DNA from: Adineta vaga
Lineage: Eukaryota > Animalia > Rotifera
DNA: 64,000 bases
Direction: 5' to 3'
Assembly: GCA_021613535.1 (NCBI GenBank)
Contig: CP075493.1
Coordinates: 7,192,001 to 7,256,000, forward strand
Positions within the stretch are counted from its first letter, which is position 1. Every line of letters begins with the position of its first letter. Below the pieces are notes generated by a model. That model did not search any database, had not been told where the DNA came from, and saw nothing but the letters and a program-made list of their open reading frames with translations. Positions 39,548-54,900 of the stretch are shown here, piece by piece. The translations under genes and the position numbers were made by a program.

Positions 39548-42500
39548 TTAATTTTTCTTCTTATTACCACGAAAGAGACGTTCGAAAACGTTCATCTTCT
39601 TATTATTTGTTATTGGATTATTATTATTAGTAGTATTATCATGTTTATCAGTTGAGATAGTAAATTCATTGATCATATTTGCTGTTGATGTTGTAGGATC
39701 AGAATTTGTTGAAGATATTTTTGTTTCAATTTCATGTTCATTTGATTTACTTGAATAAACTGTATCTGTTGTAGGTATACGAACTGGATATGATAGCTGC
39801 TGTTGAGATTCATAGGTGTAGGTTGGAGGAGCAGGTGCTGGACGTTTGTTATCGAGTTTCGCTGGAGAAAAGACGGAAACAGGTACATTTCGTCGTTGAT
39901 TTGGTGGAGAAGAACGACGTTGTTCATCTGTACGTCTTGGTGTTCTAAAATGAAATCGTCGAGATCTGTTCAGTATGAAGTACTATTTTATGAATACGTA
40001 CCTAGTAATATCGGTAGTTGATGAATTGGAATCTCTTTTCTCGAGACTAACAGGAATCATTGTTGGTGGTTTTATTCGAGATGTAGTTGTACTAACCGAT
40101 GATGTTGATAATGATGGTTGAATATGATTCGTAGCAGTAATAGTACCGTTATTTGTTGTATAACGATGAACAGGAATTGCTGTACGTGTTCGATTTTCTA
40201 CCGTTTTTTGTTGATAATTATCATTATTATATGATATATTTTCATCATTTTCGATTTCTTGTTGTTGATTTTCAGATTCTAATACACCTCCATTATAACT
40301 TTGTGTCCGAATTCCTGGACTATCTTTATTATATACAATATTAGTACCATTTGTTGGACGTTTCAGTGACGATGTTCGATAGCCACTAGTTGAGGCTAAA
40401 GGCACACGTGGTGGTGGTCCATCACGACGACCGTTTATCGGAATAAACTTTGAAGATGGTACTGATTTAGGATCATCATCGAAATCATTTTCATCATGAT
40501 CATTAATCATTTGATTATTATTTGAACGAGCTTGTACAATTTTCAATCGTGCTCGACCATCAACCGATTTCGAACGTTGGCATTTGCCTGTTAATGCAGA
40601 AATTTGTTCACTATTATCATTTGTGTCAATGACATTGGTTGATTCATCTAATTCAATTTCACATGATTTCAAATGATTTGATGGTCCTTGAGCGGATGTT
40701 TTATTCAATAGATTTGAACATGAATTTGAACTCGATTTTGATAATGATGCTTTCGTACCAGTATAGGCAAGACGATGAAAGACTGAATCACCCGATACAT
40801 TGCCATTATTTTGTATACTTTGACCTAGAACATATGAAATTACAGATTGTATCATTATCATTTTATCCATGACTTTTGTCCTTCGGCATATAAACTGTCA
40901 ATCTGAAATACTTCGACTTCGATGATACAACGACTTCTAAAATAATTCTATCAGTAATTCTACTACAATTCTTTGAATGATGTTCCTCAATCAGTCAGCA
41001 TACGATATCAATGAAACTTTTTCTTACCGAAAGATGATTGCGAATCATCCGGAGAGATTTTATTTGATAACATTTGTTCATTAACTTTTCGTCCATTTTG
41101 TTGCGTACTTGTTCGTACAGTTACTGATGGTGGAGGTAATCGATGGAAATTACTCATAGGTGCTCGAATCTGACTTGGTCTAATTGGTCTTTGTTGTTGT
41201 TGTTGTTGTTTCGAGCTATCTGATGAATGAACACTTGATGGTGAATGTATATGATCTTGTAAATCATCTTGTTCAGGAGATAAATGATTGTAAAATTCAT
41301 ATTGTTGATTATAATGAATATCGATGGGTCGAAAACCCGTTGAATTAGTTATTGTTGCTGGATATGCATGATGAATAAATGTTTCACGTGGATGTGTATG
41401 TTGAGCAACAATATTATTATTATTATTATTGATATTGATATTTTCAGAGTGATATTCATCAATCGAATGACGTCGATATTGATCATTGATATCATCTGTA
41501 CGATGATTTTCTCGACGAAATCGTGGTGGAATTGCAGGTGGTTCATCTGGCATATTCATATATTGATTTGTTGACGAATATGAATTATTAAATATTGATG
41601 ATGAATATGCATCACCAACACTTGGATGTTCCATTGATGAACTACTTAAATCATCATGACGTGTTTGTCGACGACGACCAATTATTGATTGATAACCTCC
41701 AGCACTACTATTGCTACTGGTACTTGTTGTCATTAATGTTGACCGATTAGAATTGGGCCAATTATCCTGAAAAGTTCCTTGATGTGATGAATAATTATTC
41801 GTTGGTAAATAGTGAGATGTAGATAGCAGACTATTTTGTACTTGAGAATTGAATCGTTCCAATGCACGACGAACACTTCAAAGGAAAACAGAAATGTATT
41901 ATGAAAGTTTCTCATAAATGTTAAACTTACATTGGATCTTCCGAATATTGTGTTTGATTAGGATTATTCGATGTATAAAATGAACCATACGATGGAGTAG
42001 ATAAGGCTTGTTGACTATAATAATTATGTGTTCCTGTTGTTGTAGTTGCAGCAGAACGAACAGGTGCGAAGGCAGACGATGGTTGTGTTTGATATTGATT
42101 TTCAATTGAAGGTCGGTACGTGGCTGCGTGTTGTATATCATTTGTTACGGGATATCTCGGAGGTAATTGATTCGTTTCCGAATTAAACGTGCCAGCCGAT
42201 GTTTCTGAAGAAGTTACACCAACATTACGGCGAGGTCGTGTATATTCACAACTATATGCTGAATAAGATTGTGTTGGTGTCGCATAAGTAACAGATGATT
42301 CAGTTGTACGAACAAAATGTGGTTCAAGTGTCTTAATTAATGTATTTGGTAAATGAATATTAGATTCCTTAAGTGCAATTTCATTTGATGAACGATTTCG
42401 TTGTAATTGATTTGATGTATCAACTTCATCAAGATTAGTTGTTTGACCAATTGTTAAATCTTTCGATGCTAACATATCTTCTGAACGTGATCGTTGCCGT

Positions 42501-45500
42501 AAACTAAGTGGTTGTTGTTGTTGTTGATCTTGTTTTTCAGAAAGATTACTTGATGTAACATAAATTGGTTGAGCTGGTACACGCATAACAGGTATATTCT
42601 GTTCGGTAATTCTATTAAAGTTATGCGATGTAGATAGTTCAGGTGGATCAGCTGATGTTCCATACCGTTGATGTGAAGACATGTATTTAGCTTTATTATT
42701 TAGTGTAGATAATTGTGATGAATCAGTATAACGTGATACACGATCGCTAGTAGGTTGTAAGGAACCAAGTGTGTAACTTTCCGTATACCAATTTTCATTT
42801 GAATCAATAGTCGCAGGTAGTGGTGGTGGTGGTGGTGGAATCGATCGTTTTAAATTCGATTCAAGACGCATTAAAGCACGTCGAGTAATTGGATCTTGAA
42901 TTTCATCATAATTCACTGATTTTGTTTGCGCTAACGTACGATTCTTTTCATCAAAACGTTCGAGAGCACGTCGAATGATGGGATCTTGTACCTCTTCGGG
43001 TTTAAGTGTGTACTCATGCTGAATTTGTGAATATTGTTGTTGTTGTTGTTGTTGTTGTTCAGGAGCATCAGATGATTCTCGACTTTGACGTTCTCGCATA
43101 CGTTCCACAGTATTTAAACGTCGACGACCTTCAATTTGAAAATGATACGGTGTAAAACCTGATTGTTCAGTTGTTGAAGATTGTGAAATAATTGCATCGA
43201 ATGAACTACTGATTTTCGAATCATCATCATCATCATTAGGTACTGATGGTATAAGATTAGAATTATCTTCTTCATTTTCAAGATTTATTCCATTTGAATT
43301 TATTGACTCGTTCACTAATTCTTGTTGTTTTTCTTCGTTTTGTTGATCTTTCGTCGAGTCAACATCGATCGTTGAGTTGTTATCAACAACTAGAATAACA
43401 AATGAAGAATGTATGAAAAAAGAAATCTGTTACATATACTCTATAGATATGCTAATCTTATATGTCTAAAATAAACAACCTTGAAGCTATACACTTTTAT
43501 AACTTAACCAAACGATAATCGAACGAATATAAAGGAAAAGAGAAGTAAAAATCATTCATTCGTTCTTAGAATTGTAATTATTTTGAATTGCTAAAAAAAA
43601 GATCTTTTAGCCAGAGGTTTTTACAAAAGAGCATGCTTTGATTGCTAGTATTATGATGATAAAAAGATCAATAATACACTAAACAAATATCAACTTTTTC
43701 TGCTGCATTAATCTCAATATACTTGTACTTGTTCTTTCTTTTTTCATGATTCGATAGACCTTTTAGAAAAGTTTACAATAGCTAAATATCAATATTTATT
43801 TGAAAACTAAGGAAGTATTTTGCACAAATTTGATATTTACAATGAAAGCATGCTCGGCATACTTGTTAATATCTTTCTTTCTCTTTTCTTTCCTCAGAGA
43901 TATAAACAATTTCTATCGATGTTACCACAAAACAAGGCACTAATTCCCCAATCAACATTCTAGAGCAACGACGAAAGTTATTGAAACGATTAGGTGTACA
44001 TGTCTATGTGTCCGTCTGTCTATTATCACCTTTTACTAGTTCCATCGTGTAATAGATACTCGTCCAGTAGACTAGAAAAAACTATGCATGCAGCTGTTTA
44101 GTATTCACTCACTTCGTTTGTCGTCATTGTCTATTATTGTTGATGGTTGCTGTTCTTTGTCAGATTTCTGATCATCGTGATTAATCTTATCTGTTGTTGA
44201 ATTTTTTGTACTATATAAATTGAGTATTGTTCCATAATTAAGACTACTATCATCGAATGTTTTACGTGGTCTAATATGGCTATTAGCTTGAGATGATGAT
44301 AATGTTGATCCTGTTTTTATTTCATCACCTGATGAAACAGCAGTAAAACGTAATTGTTGATCTTCATCTTTCAATAGATTTTCTAATGATTTACGTGAAG
44401 TTGAAAGTGATGTTGACCATGATGATTTACCTTTTGGTACTAATGGATTTGTATCATCTTTCGATGTTTTATTCGACGAAACTGCATTCATACGTTCTTC
44501 AAAACGTTGTAATGCACGTAATGCAATTGGATCATTAGCAGGTTCTTGATTTGTTACTAAAGATTGTTTTGCTGACGCAATCGAGGGCTCTGATGAATCA
44601 TCATATTTATCCACGACTTTAGACATAGCCTTTTCGTAACAAGTAAAAACATTATCGAATTTAACTGTATCATCGGCGATATTTGTCGAATTTGATTGAG
44701 ATGGCGATGATTGTTTTGATTTTTTCGGTTCATCGTCTGTAAGTATGTAATCAGTCGGTTCGATTAAATCAACATTTTGTTTTGATACAATTTCTTCTTC
44801 GTCGTCGGGTATCTCTTCAATTTCAACTTTTTTATATAATTCTTCATTTTCATTTGTATTGGCCATTGCCATTTGATTCAAATCGTTTGATAGGGTTTGT
44901 AATGGCGACTCATCTTCTGTCCGCTGCTGGTTGAATTGCTCTAATGTTGGTAACGGCGATGATGGTCGTTCTTTTTCTTTTTCTTCTTGTTCTTCTCCTT
45001 TTTCTATTTCTTTTTTCTCTTGGTGTAGCAAGGCTGTTTGTGTTGGTTCGTCGTTTATTAATAATATTCCCTCCGCGTGGTAGTCGTGTACGAGGCTACT
45101 GGTGTTCTTTTTCTCTTCGTCGATGTTATAGTCGTCGTTACAACGTTGTTCTTCTTCTATTTTTTCTTTGCCATTTTCTTTTGATAAAGACTCGATAGTT
45201 TTGTTCTCATCTGTTGTTAACGTTGAAGGCACAGAAGAACGAGGAGGAGAATGAGAAGTAGGAAAAGAAGACATTAAGTCCGAGTCAGATGGATTAGTTA
45301 TCACAGGCGAACTGTTCTCGATATTAGTTGGTTGATTCTCAACTGAATCATTATTAATAGTTGTTATTATTTCCGTATGACATTCCATCGTTGTTGATAA
45401 TAATGGTCCTTGCTCCTTGCTCGTTATTATCTCATCTGCTGATAAACAAATCACTTCAGATTCAGTTAATGGAAGTTGTTCATTGGCAAGAATGTTTTTA

Positions 45501-48500
45501 TTATCATCAATAGTAATTAGCAATGGTGTTGTACCTTAATGAAAAAATTAGATAAAAATCAACTTGTGAGAAAAAAAGATGATAGAGAGAGAAAGAAAGA
45601 GAAAGGGAAAAATATTTTCTTTCTGTTCTTTACAAATTGTATTGAAGATTCAATCCTTGACCAAGTGTAAGGCATAGGATCGATAGCAATCAATCAATTG
45701 AGAAAAAAAGAAAATCGTCCGTAGGTAGGATTGGTAAATTAAAAGGATTTGATTGACCTTGTACGTTTTCTCCTTTTTTCTCGCTTGTGTACATGTGTCT
45801 GTGTATATACAAATTTTTCTTTTTTTTTTGATGAAATTATGATTAGTATCGAGAAGAAAAGTTCTCGATTATGTTTTTTTTTCTCTCTCTCTCTCATTGA
45901 ATAGCAAAAGAAAAGAAACTAATGAGTTTTCTTTATTCAATTATTATTATTTTACCTTCCGATGATAATTCAACTATTTGATCAGGATTCGTCGTGTTCA
46001 CTGTGATTAGTGTTGGCGATGTGTTAATCTCCTATAAATATACAACGAAAAAAAGAAAGAAATACACTCGAACTTTACAACATCTTGCATCTGGTCACAT
46101 TAAAGAAAGAAAAATGTATGTGCACTTCGCTCATTTCAAGTAGTAGTATATATGTATGTGTATATATATATATAAGAGTGAAGAATTCTACTAGACATAT
46201 ATACCGTCTAAAAGCAGTTAGTGCCATTAACGAATCGGTCAATGAGACAAGAAGAAAAATATGTTGTATTTAAAAAGAATAATTAAAATTTAAAAATCGA
46301 CTGACATTCAAGGACAACTGATGAAAACGATAATTTCGTCATGGTTATTGAAGTAGACACTGATCAATACAGTATATAATTAGGTATGCTTTCATTATCT
46401 CAATGAATTTTTCTTCTTGTGATGATGAGTAAAGGAGGAGATGAGAAAATAATTAAGATAGAAAAACGACAAAAATCCACTCGATCAGTGTCTACTTTTT
46501 AAACTTAAATTGTGCAGTTTTACTCGACAACAATTTACAATAGTCATTAAAGAAACCATATACATTCATTTTTTGATCTTTTCAAGGTTTCATCATCGAA
46601 CATTCGATCAATAAACACAATCGATTGATAAATTCTTCTATTTACTCATTTTTTTTTCTTCTTCTCTTGTCCAAAAGCAATTTACTCTTGAGAAAAAATG
46701 TTCATATCTAATCGACTTTAATCCCTCCGGCGATCTATTGTCACTGAACATTTTTGTACATATGAAACATATTCTCAAAGCAATAATCTTGAACTAAAAA
46801 TTTATTGATTGAAATTTTAAATAAGAAAATGAGACACCTGTGGTGATTTCCCCCGCTGTCTTTTTCGATTACTACTGCTCAAATTTCAATGACATTATTT
46901 GTTATTTTATTTTCAAAATCATTTTCATATAAATAATATTTAGAAAAACTAACCTCGACTTTTGTTGCTGAAGTTGATTCGATTGTTTCTTCTTGTTTAT
47001 TCACTGTTGATGGTGAAGTTTTTCGTCGAAGAACAGCTATAGGTGGAAATTCTACGGTTAATAAAGTTTTCGTTGATGATGGATCATTATCATTCGTATC
47101 AGGTTTTGTTGATATTGACCAACGTTCAGGCCGTTTTCTTTCACGTCGTGACATTCTTTCTGTAGAATTTGTATTATGTGGTTCACTAGTCTCTGGTGAA
47201 TGATTCTTATTATCATTATTAGCTAATCCTGTACAAATATTATCATTGGATGGATTTGGTTTTGACTCTGTGATAACATTGGTTGATGATAATCCATCTA
47301 TTTAGACACAAAATCGATTTATTTTCTTAAGACTTTTGAAAAAAAGAAAGAAAAACAGAAGAAATCTATTTACCTTGATTTACTGATGTATTATTGTTTT
47401 CTTCAGGTTCTTGTACCATATGTAAGAGATCGAATGAAGATGAATCCGGTGAAAGATAAACACTAGGTGTGGATTCAGATTCAAATGAACGATAGTTATC
47501 GTTACTGATTAGTAATTGTTCATTCGACGGTGATAATGTTAATTGACACTTGAACAAAAGAAGGAGAAAAACTCAGATATTTGTGTGTTCATAACAGTCA
47601 CATTATTGTTGATTGTTTCATGTTCAAATAAGCGTAGATAATTTATGCATATTTCATCGTTATTCTTACACTTTCACTGTCATCAAATAATGATGATGAT
47701 GATGATGAATGACAAACTACTCTCGAATGAATAAAGGTCAATATTATATGCGTCTATTTTTTTGCTCAAGGCTTCATAAATGGTTAGATTCGAGGTTACT
47801 AGTTAGAGAGAAGAGAAGAAAAGGACATGATAATGGAGTATTTCATGGTGGAGTATAACAAATGTTTTGATTACCGTAAATGAATTTTACTATAGGATCA
47901 ATTTTCTTTTCTCTCTTTTGTTTTCATCAGTTGAATTTCTAAAGTTTTCTATTGAACATTTCAACTGTATATTTTCATATCAAAGACAAAGAAGAGCTCA
48001 TTTTTTCTGTCATATGGTATTGTATATTTAGTTAACGAATCAATTACAATATGTACTCGTAATATTCTTATCACTCGTCAGTATTTCTGTTCTATGCTAC
48101 TGATAGTCAAATGTTATTTAGCATAGAAATGTCATGACCATTTCAGCATAGCAAAATTGAACGTTATTGTAAAACGATTGATTAGATTTTTTTTTCACTG
48201 AAAAGATATTTACTTACTGCTCGTTCTGACACAACAATGGAATCTTCCGCATGAGTTGCTTCTAGATCCACCACTAACCATGTTTCTTGTTCAGCTGATG
48301 TTGTTGAAAGATTTTCTCCATCTAATGATGATTTTTCTGCCATCATTGTATCTGTATCAGGATGATATTCTCGTACTAATGTATGTTGACTTAATGTTTT
48401 ATCACTACTACTTGTTGTTTCTGAACTTGATTGATCGGGTGAAATAGATATATTACCTGGTGGAATATCAAAACAACCATTTCGTACTAAAGTTTGACAA

Positions 48501-49687
48501 ACATTAACAAAATTATTTTTATCAATTATTGGAATACGTAAAGTATCCGATGCATTTGCTTCATCATTAAGAAATTTAGTGAAAAGATAATAAAGATATT
48601 CAATTAAATTTTGATCAACTTCAGCCACACTTGGACAATTGACTTTTTTCTTTTTGGTTTTGGATTTTGCTTCATTTGCTAAACATTCCACACGGAGTAC
48701 AAGTAAATCAATTAATGTTAAAATTTCATTATTATCTGTTGAATCGGATGATGGATTTTCATTCGTTGTTCCAGTATTCATATTTAATATTTGTGTTATA
48801 TTGCTTCTTTCCAATGAAGTCTATTGAAATTAGAATGATTAGTTTACTTGATATAAACATAGAATATAAAACGATCATCAAAAATGCATGTCTATTAAAA
48901 TACTCAATTATGTAACATGAAGCAAGTTAAATAAGAGGATATAATGAGAGAAAAAAACGATTTCTTTTCATGTAAATATGAATTAAAGGGAAAAGAATTA
49001 GTTTTCTTCTAATACTCTCACTATTGATCAATGAAATGAATCGATAGAAGAAGAAGAAGAAAAGAAAAGAAAAAGAAAAAGAAAAATTATGTCCTTCTTT
49101 ACCTGTTTAACATGATGATAACCATTGTTTTTGTTACTTGTAGCTCGTAATTCATTACGTAAATGTCGAAGAAAAGAAATGACGAGTGATGCGGGAATAT
49201 TTTTAATATGATTTGTAGTTGAATCACTTGCGTATCGTCGACGTTGTTTTACATTGTCTGGTATATCATCAGGTGAAGACAATGATGATAAGGATGTATG
49301 TCTTGTTGGTGATAGAGACGTCGGTCGATTTGATGAATGATCTTTCGAACGACCGTTCGTCTTACTTGATTGTTTACTTGAATAAATGCTGTCACTATTC
49401 GATTGCGGTGATGGTTGAACAGAAGGAAATTGATCAACTAAAGTAAAGGTTGTTGTATCATCTGTTCAATCATATAGATATGTAAACATGTGAAAAGTTC
49501 TCCTGCTATGAAAGACTAGATCAATATGTGATGTAGAAAGAAAAAGATTAGAGACAATAGAAATGAATTTTCATCTATGTTTATTAGTAGATAGAACTTC
49601 AAAGAATGAATTCATTTAGTTTTTCTTACTTGAAGTTATTGCCGCAGAAATATCAGTACTATCTTCTTCTTCATCGATACGATTCAT
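39548..49687 (-). CDS. Very large intrinsically disordered protein (~11 exons) with repeated DPIxxRALxRF motifs
   Basis: Chain of long minus-strand ORFs (49028-49461, 48182-48814, 46879-47300, 44105-45536, 41927-43391, 41008-41877, 39983-40938) bounded by GT-AG; last exon 39944-39548 ends KKMNVFERLFRGNKKKN*. May be more than one transcript or isoform. Confidence 0.7.
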
Positions 49688-51911
49688 TGTTAACAATGAT
49701 TGTTACCATATAGAAAATGATAAACGTGAAAAGAAAAAAAACTCAAGTCCTTTTTTTATGTTTTATTTCATTTCTCCATGTCTTCTCTTTTCTTTGTTAA
49801 TGTTGTTTGTGTGCATTGTTAAAAAATAGAAATATTCACATCTTTTTTTCTCCTTGCTCTTTCTCTCTCTCTCCTCTGCACATCGTCCATACGTACATAC
49901 ATACACATAGATTCATTCTCATTTCACACGAGGTCATCAGCCATTATTGATTCTACTTTCTTCTCGTTTTTTTCTGGTTCTCATACCATACTATGACTTC
50001 TCCACTGGCAAAAAAAAGACGAAGGACAAAAAAAACGATGTGTGACTTGTAAAAATGATTTATTATTATTTAACTACGCATTTAACAAATAGGCAAGTAT
50101 GAGTTATAAAATCGAAATTAGGTCTAACACGCGTACGTGCTGCTCTTTAAACAATTGAAATTGTCGACGTGAATGTAATTGACAAATCTCTCTACGGTTT
50201 CTTTCTCGGTACTTGAAAAGTCACGACCTATATGAAGTTATATTTTACCTGGACGATTCATTGGATTTTGTATCAATTCTAAGGAATATTTATTCAAGAT
50301 CAATCATCGATAAGCTTGTCACCTTCACTAATCGATTGCATCAAACTACGCAGAAACAAGAACAATGAAGATAAGAAAAGAAATCGAACGTTATTTGATC
50401 TAAGAGAAAGAATGAAGACGATATGATGCATTACTCCATTGAGCAGCGATCAATATGTCAATAAACTATCATCCATCCAAGCCATCTATATATGTATAAA
50501 AAGAGAGCAGATGAAAATCGTTTTCACGTCTTTTTTGCATTATATCCATGTCAAGTCTCGAATGCATTAAATCATTCTTTACTGGTAATGTTACGATAAT
50601 ATAGATTAGAGATGGCGATGGCGATGAAATGTTTCCCGTCGTGTTGCTTTATATAATACTGAAGAATACGTTCTCAAAAAGTAAAAGATATCGGAATATA
50701 ACATGCATTCACCATCTGATCATAATTATTTTCTTTTCAGCTGAATCTCATTAACAAAATTCATCGGAAGAAACACCTGTCACATCATACGAAGAGAAAC
50801 AATAGGCGATTATTCTTCTATGTTAGTTGACTGTTTAAAATAATTAGTTTTGCTTGTTTGTATCGAACAAGCAATATAACCGTCGAAATAATTACAATTA
50901 AACCTTCACAACGTCTGACCAAGAATGATTGAAGGTAGTATCTCAACTATTCATATACGTACATATCTGTAAACCTTGACAAATATAACAAGGACATTGT
51001 TTCATATTTTTAATGATATTTTGGTTATATATTAATCAATTGCAAGGTAACTTGAAATTAATCAAATAGAATTTTCGAAGAGACAAACTTTGCAAATCAA
51101 TTTCTTCTCTTTATATAATCTAATCCATATGTATTTTGAGTTATGTGTCAGTCTAGTACTTATTCTCAATCAATTGATCGTTTAGTGTGCCGTATATATG
51201 TCTCGAAGCGATTATTCTCAGAGGAGACATGAGAAGTTTGATCTTTATATAAGCAGATCAAAATAAAAGTTACATATTCGAAAAATTTTTTATTCCAGAA
51301 ATTCAAGTAGAGTCTATTGAATTTCTTAAGTATGAGTAAAACAAAACAAAAGTCAGTTTCTTCATTTACATATAAGAAATAATTCTATTTCAGTGATTTC
51401 TAGAGAGATACGCAATTCGATTTCGTAAATAAAATATTTGAAATAAACAATTTACCTTCTTCGTCAATAATAACCCATTCGTCCTTCTGAAATTTAGCCA
51501 GATTTCAAAACAAATCTCAGAATGATAAATAATAAAAAATATCTTGTTTTTTTCATGTCTCGTGCTTCATTTTAAAAGATACGATACGAAAGTAAGACAA
51601 ATCAGTGATCTGTAATGGATACGATATTTAATGCTTAAAAACTGTATATAATCGATAACGAATGAGAGAGAGAGAAAAAAAGAACACGAAACATTCATTC
51701 GTGTTTCTTTCTGCTAGACAAATTTTTTTTTCTTTGCATAAGTTGTTTGACTCGAGAATTTATTGATATTATGTGAAGGAACATGACAATCAGAAGAGAA
51801 TCGTCTACAGTGATTGATCTATTACCAAATCGTAAAGAAAGAAAGAAAGAAAAGTTTGATGAGAATTTTCATGAATAATATACAAAATGACGAAGAAAAA
51901 ACGATCAGATT

Positions 51912-54900
51912 TTAATCGGTATTAAATTCACTTATTAACGTCAATTGTGAATAGACAGGATTGATATTTTGTCTTCTTTGATTTAAACCCATTGAAAGTA
52001 TACGATGATTATATAAGATACTGATAAACCCAAGAAGTATAAAGGTAAATAATATGATTAAAATGAAGAATATTGGAGCAAAATCTCTACCAATAGATTT
52101 TGTATATTCAGATGATGAACTCATAGATGGTACGGATTTTGAATGACTATCAAGTGATGGAATAATTTGTTCACTAGAAATCAAACAAAAGTATTCTTAT
52201 AAGAGTAGTCGTATGTTTCTACTACCAATTATGATTTATCTTATCATCAAGATTCGACTTCTCGGTATGAATCTAATCTAATCTTCTCTTACCGTTTTAC
52301 AATGACGACTTTTGTTTTTACTAATGGTAATTTTTGACATATAACTGTTGCTGTTCGATTACATGGAATTTCATCACATCGAATAACAGGTTCTATATCT
52401 GCTAGAAGATCAATATAAGCACAACCTATTTGTTGTTCTTTAATTCGATTGCGTTCATTCATCGATGACACTAATGCACTATAACGTTCATGAAATGTTA
52501 CTTCACATATATCATAAACTGTATTGGAATCGGGTATAAATTCTACAGTTTTGTTATTATCATTATTATATTGTATAACAGTTCGATTTTGATTATCGTA
52601 AATAACACCGACATGTGCATAACCCGATGAAGCATAATTAGTTCGATGTAAAAATAAAGATCTAATGTATTTTAATGTCAAGGCTTTTTCTGGAACGAAA
52701 AGCATTGCATTGTCTCGTTCACATTCAGATTTAGCTTGATTCCAACTCACTTCATGAAATGATATTTTATAACAATATTCATCAATAAAATGATAATCTG
52801 TTTGATTATCACCGCAGGAATAATCCGATAGAATATTTGTTGATATTTCCGATAATTGATCATTTCTATATGGAGAAATAAGAACATTCGACTTCGATTG
52901 AAATTTTGGATCAACACAAACAGGTATAGCTGATGCTGATGAACATTGATTCGATTCAGTTATGCAAAGTTCAGTCTCGTTTAGTGTTCTTTTCATAATT
53001 AAAGCTAAACAATTTCGATCAGGTTTGTCAGGTGATTGTGAACATTTGGTAAATAAATTATATGACACATTGTAATTATTCAATGTATCAACTGATCGAT
53101 CAATCCAAAAATATCGAGGAAAATCAATCGATGAAGATGAACTTCGATAATTCATTAAGATTTTCCATAGATATAAATGTGAAGAAATAATTGATTTAGA
53201 TAAAATCTCTTGAAGTTCCAAGGTATTACTGACTTTGGCAATTTCACTGCCGAGAGAATTACAATATGATTGAGCTAATGCATAAGAATCTTGTAGATTT
53301 GAATAATGACTATACACGCATTGTTCATCATTTTGTGCAACTTCAAAATCTGCAAGAAAAAGAACAGAAATGATATTTAAGTTTATACTTGAAAAGATTT
53401 CTTTTACTATGTCGACATTTTGGTCGTTTGATGTACATCGAATAGATGGCTGGATCGATTTGACTTCCACATGTATAGAAATAATTTGCAGAACATATTT
53501 GTGAACACATTTGATTTGCAAGAATACGAATATTATTTGCATCATTTTTAATTGGAATATTCGTACAAAAGCATTGATTCGAATTGATTAAAGCATATTT
53601 TTGTTCATATTTTGTACATAATTCTAAACAATGACGAGAATGAAGATTGATTGTATCATTGAAAACAAATTTGTAAGATGTATTTGGATGAAAGGAATTT
53701 GTTTGAATACAACTATCATATATAAAATCTGGATATGTTTCCAATGGTTTACGTCTAAATAAATTTGATTGTTGAGATTCCATGATATCAAAGACAACGA
53801 TGGTATCATCATCTCCACATTGTTCATGTGAATTACCTAAAATCAAGGAAAATAGTTCAGAATTTTAAGATTATTTTTCAAATATACCTTTACAAGGTTG
53901 ACCACATTTATTTTGTTGATATTTTCCAAGATCAATTGTTAAATTCAGTTTTCTGAGAACATAGTTATTTAAACAATAACATTTATTTATATGAATAAGT
54001 ACTAATGTCGTTTGTAATTCTTTACATACAGTTAAACATAATTCATGTGTTAAACGAGTTGATATTAAAGCTGGTAAATCCATAATTAAAGGTTTACGAA
54101 AACAACCTTGCTGAAAATTATCAACAATTAATCTTTTGGTTTCACAAAGAGCATATCTTGGTTTTGAACAATTTTTCATTGAAATGGTTTTAATTACTGG
54201 TCTTTCTTCGGTTTCAACGTATGTACGTGTAGATATAATACATGAATCATCAGTAATACTTGAATTATTATTTTCAGTTGGATCTATCATTTGAAATTCA
54301 TGATTATTTACATTATACGATGCATTCTCGTTAACTAATGGAGTAAGATCTTCATAATATGCATTAAATGACCGAGTTGATGTATCAGTACTCGATGCAT
54401 CTAGAAAAAAAATCAAAAAATTTTGAATTCATTTCATGAAGATAGATGAAATACTACTACACGTACCACTTTCGCGAATTTTATCCAGAAAAAAGAAACC
54501 GAGACGAACTTGCCATAGAGATGTATATTGAACAATATCACCTTTTGGTGTCATATTTAACTGTTCTTCTGATCCGTCATCGTCATCATCATTATCATCG
54601 TCATCATCTTTGTCTACATTTGTTCGTATAAGATGTATAACGTTGATCTTTATTTGCTTGTGGTATGCTAATACAACTACTTTTCGCATCTTGAATAGAT
54701 TTTTGTTCGTCTGACATTCGATAACAACGTCCATTTAAATCTAACCATTTCATCGGACAAAATTGCTGTAGGAATGCAGATTCGAAAAGATTATACGATC
54801 CAAATTCAGTATCCGACAATGAAGAATATTTATTGACAGGTTCTAATATACATAGATAATTAGCAAATTGATATGAAGAAAATTTTGAAGCATTTTCATC

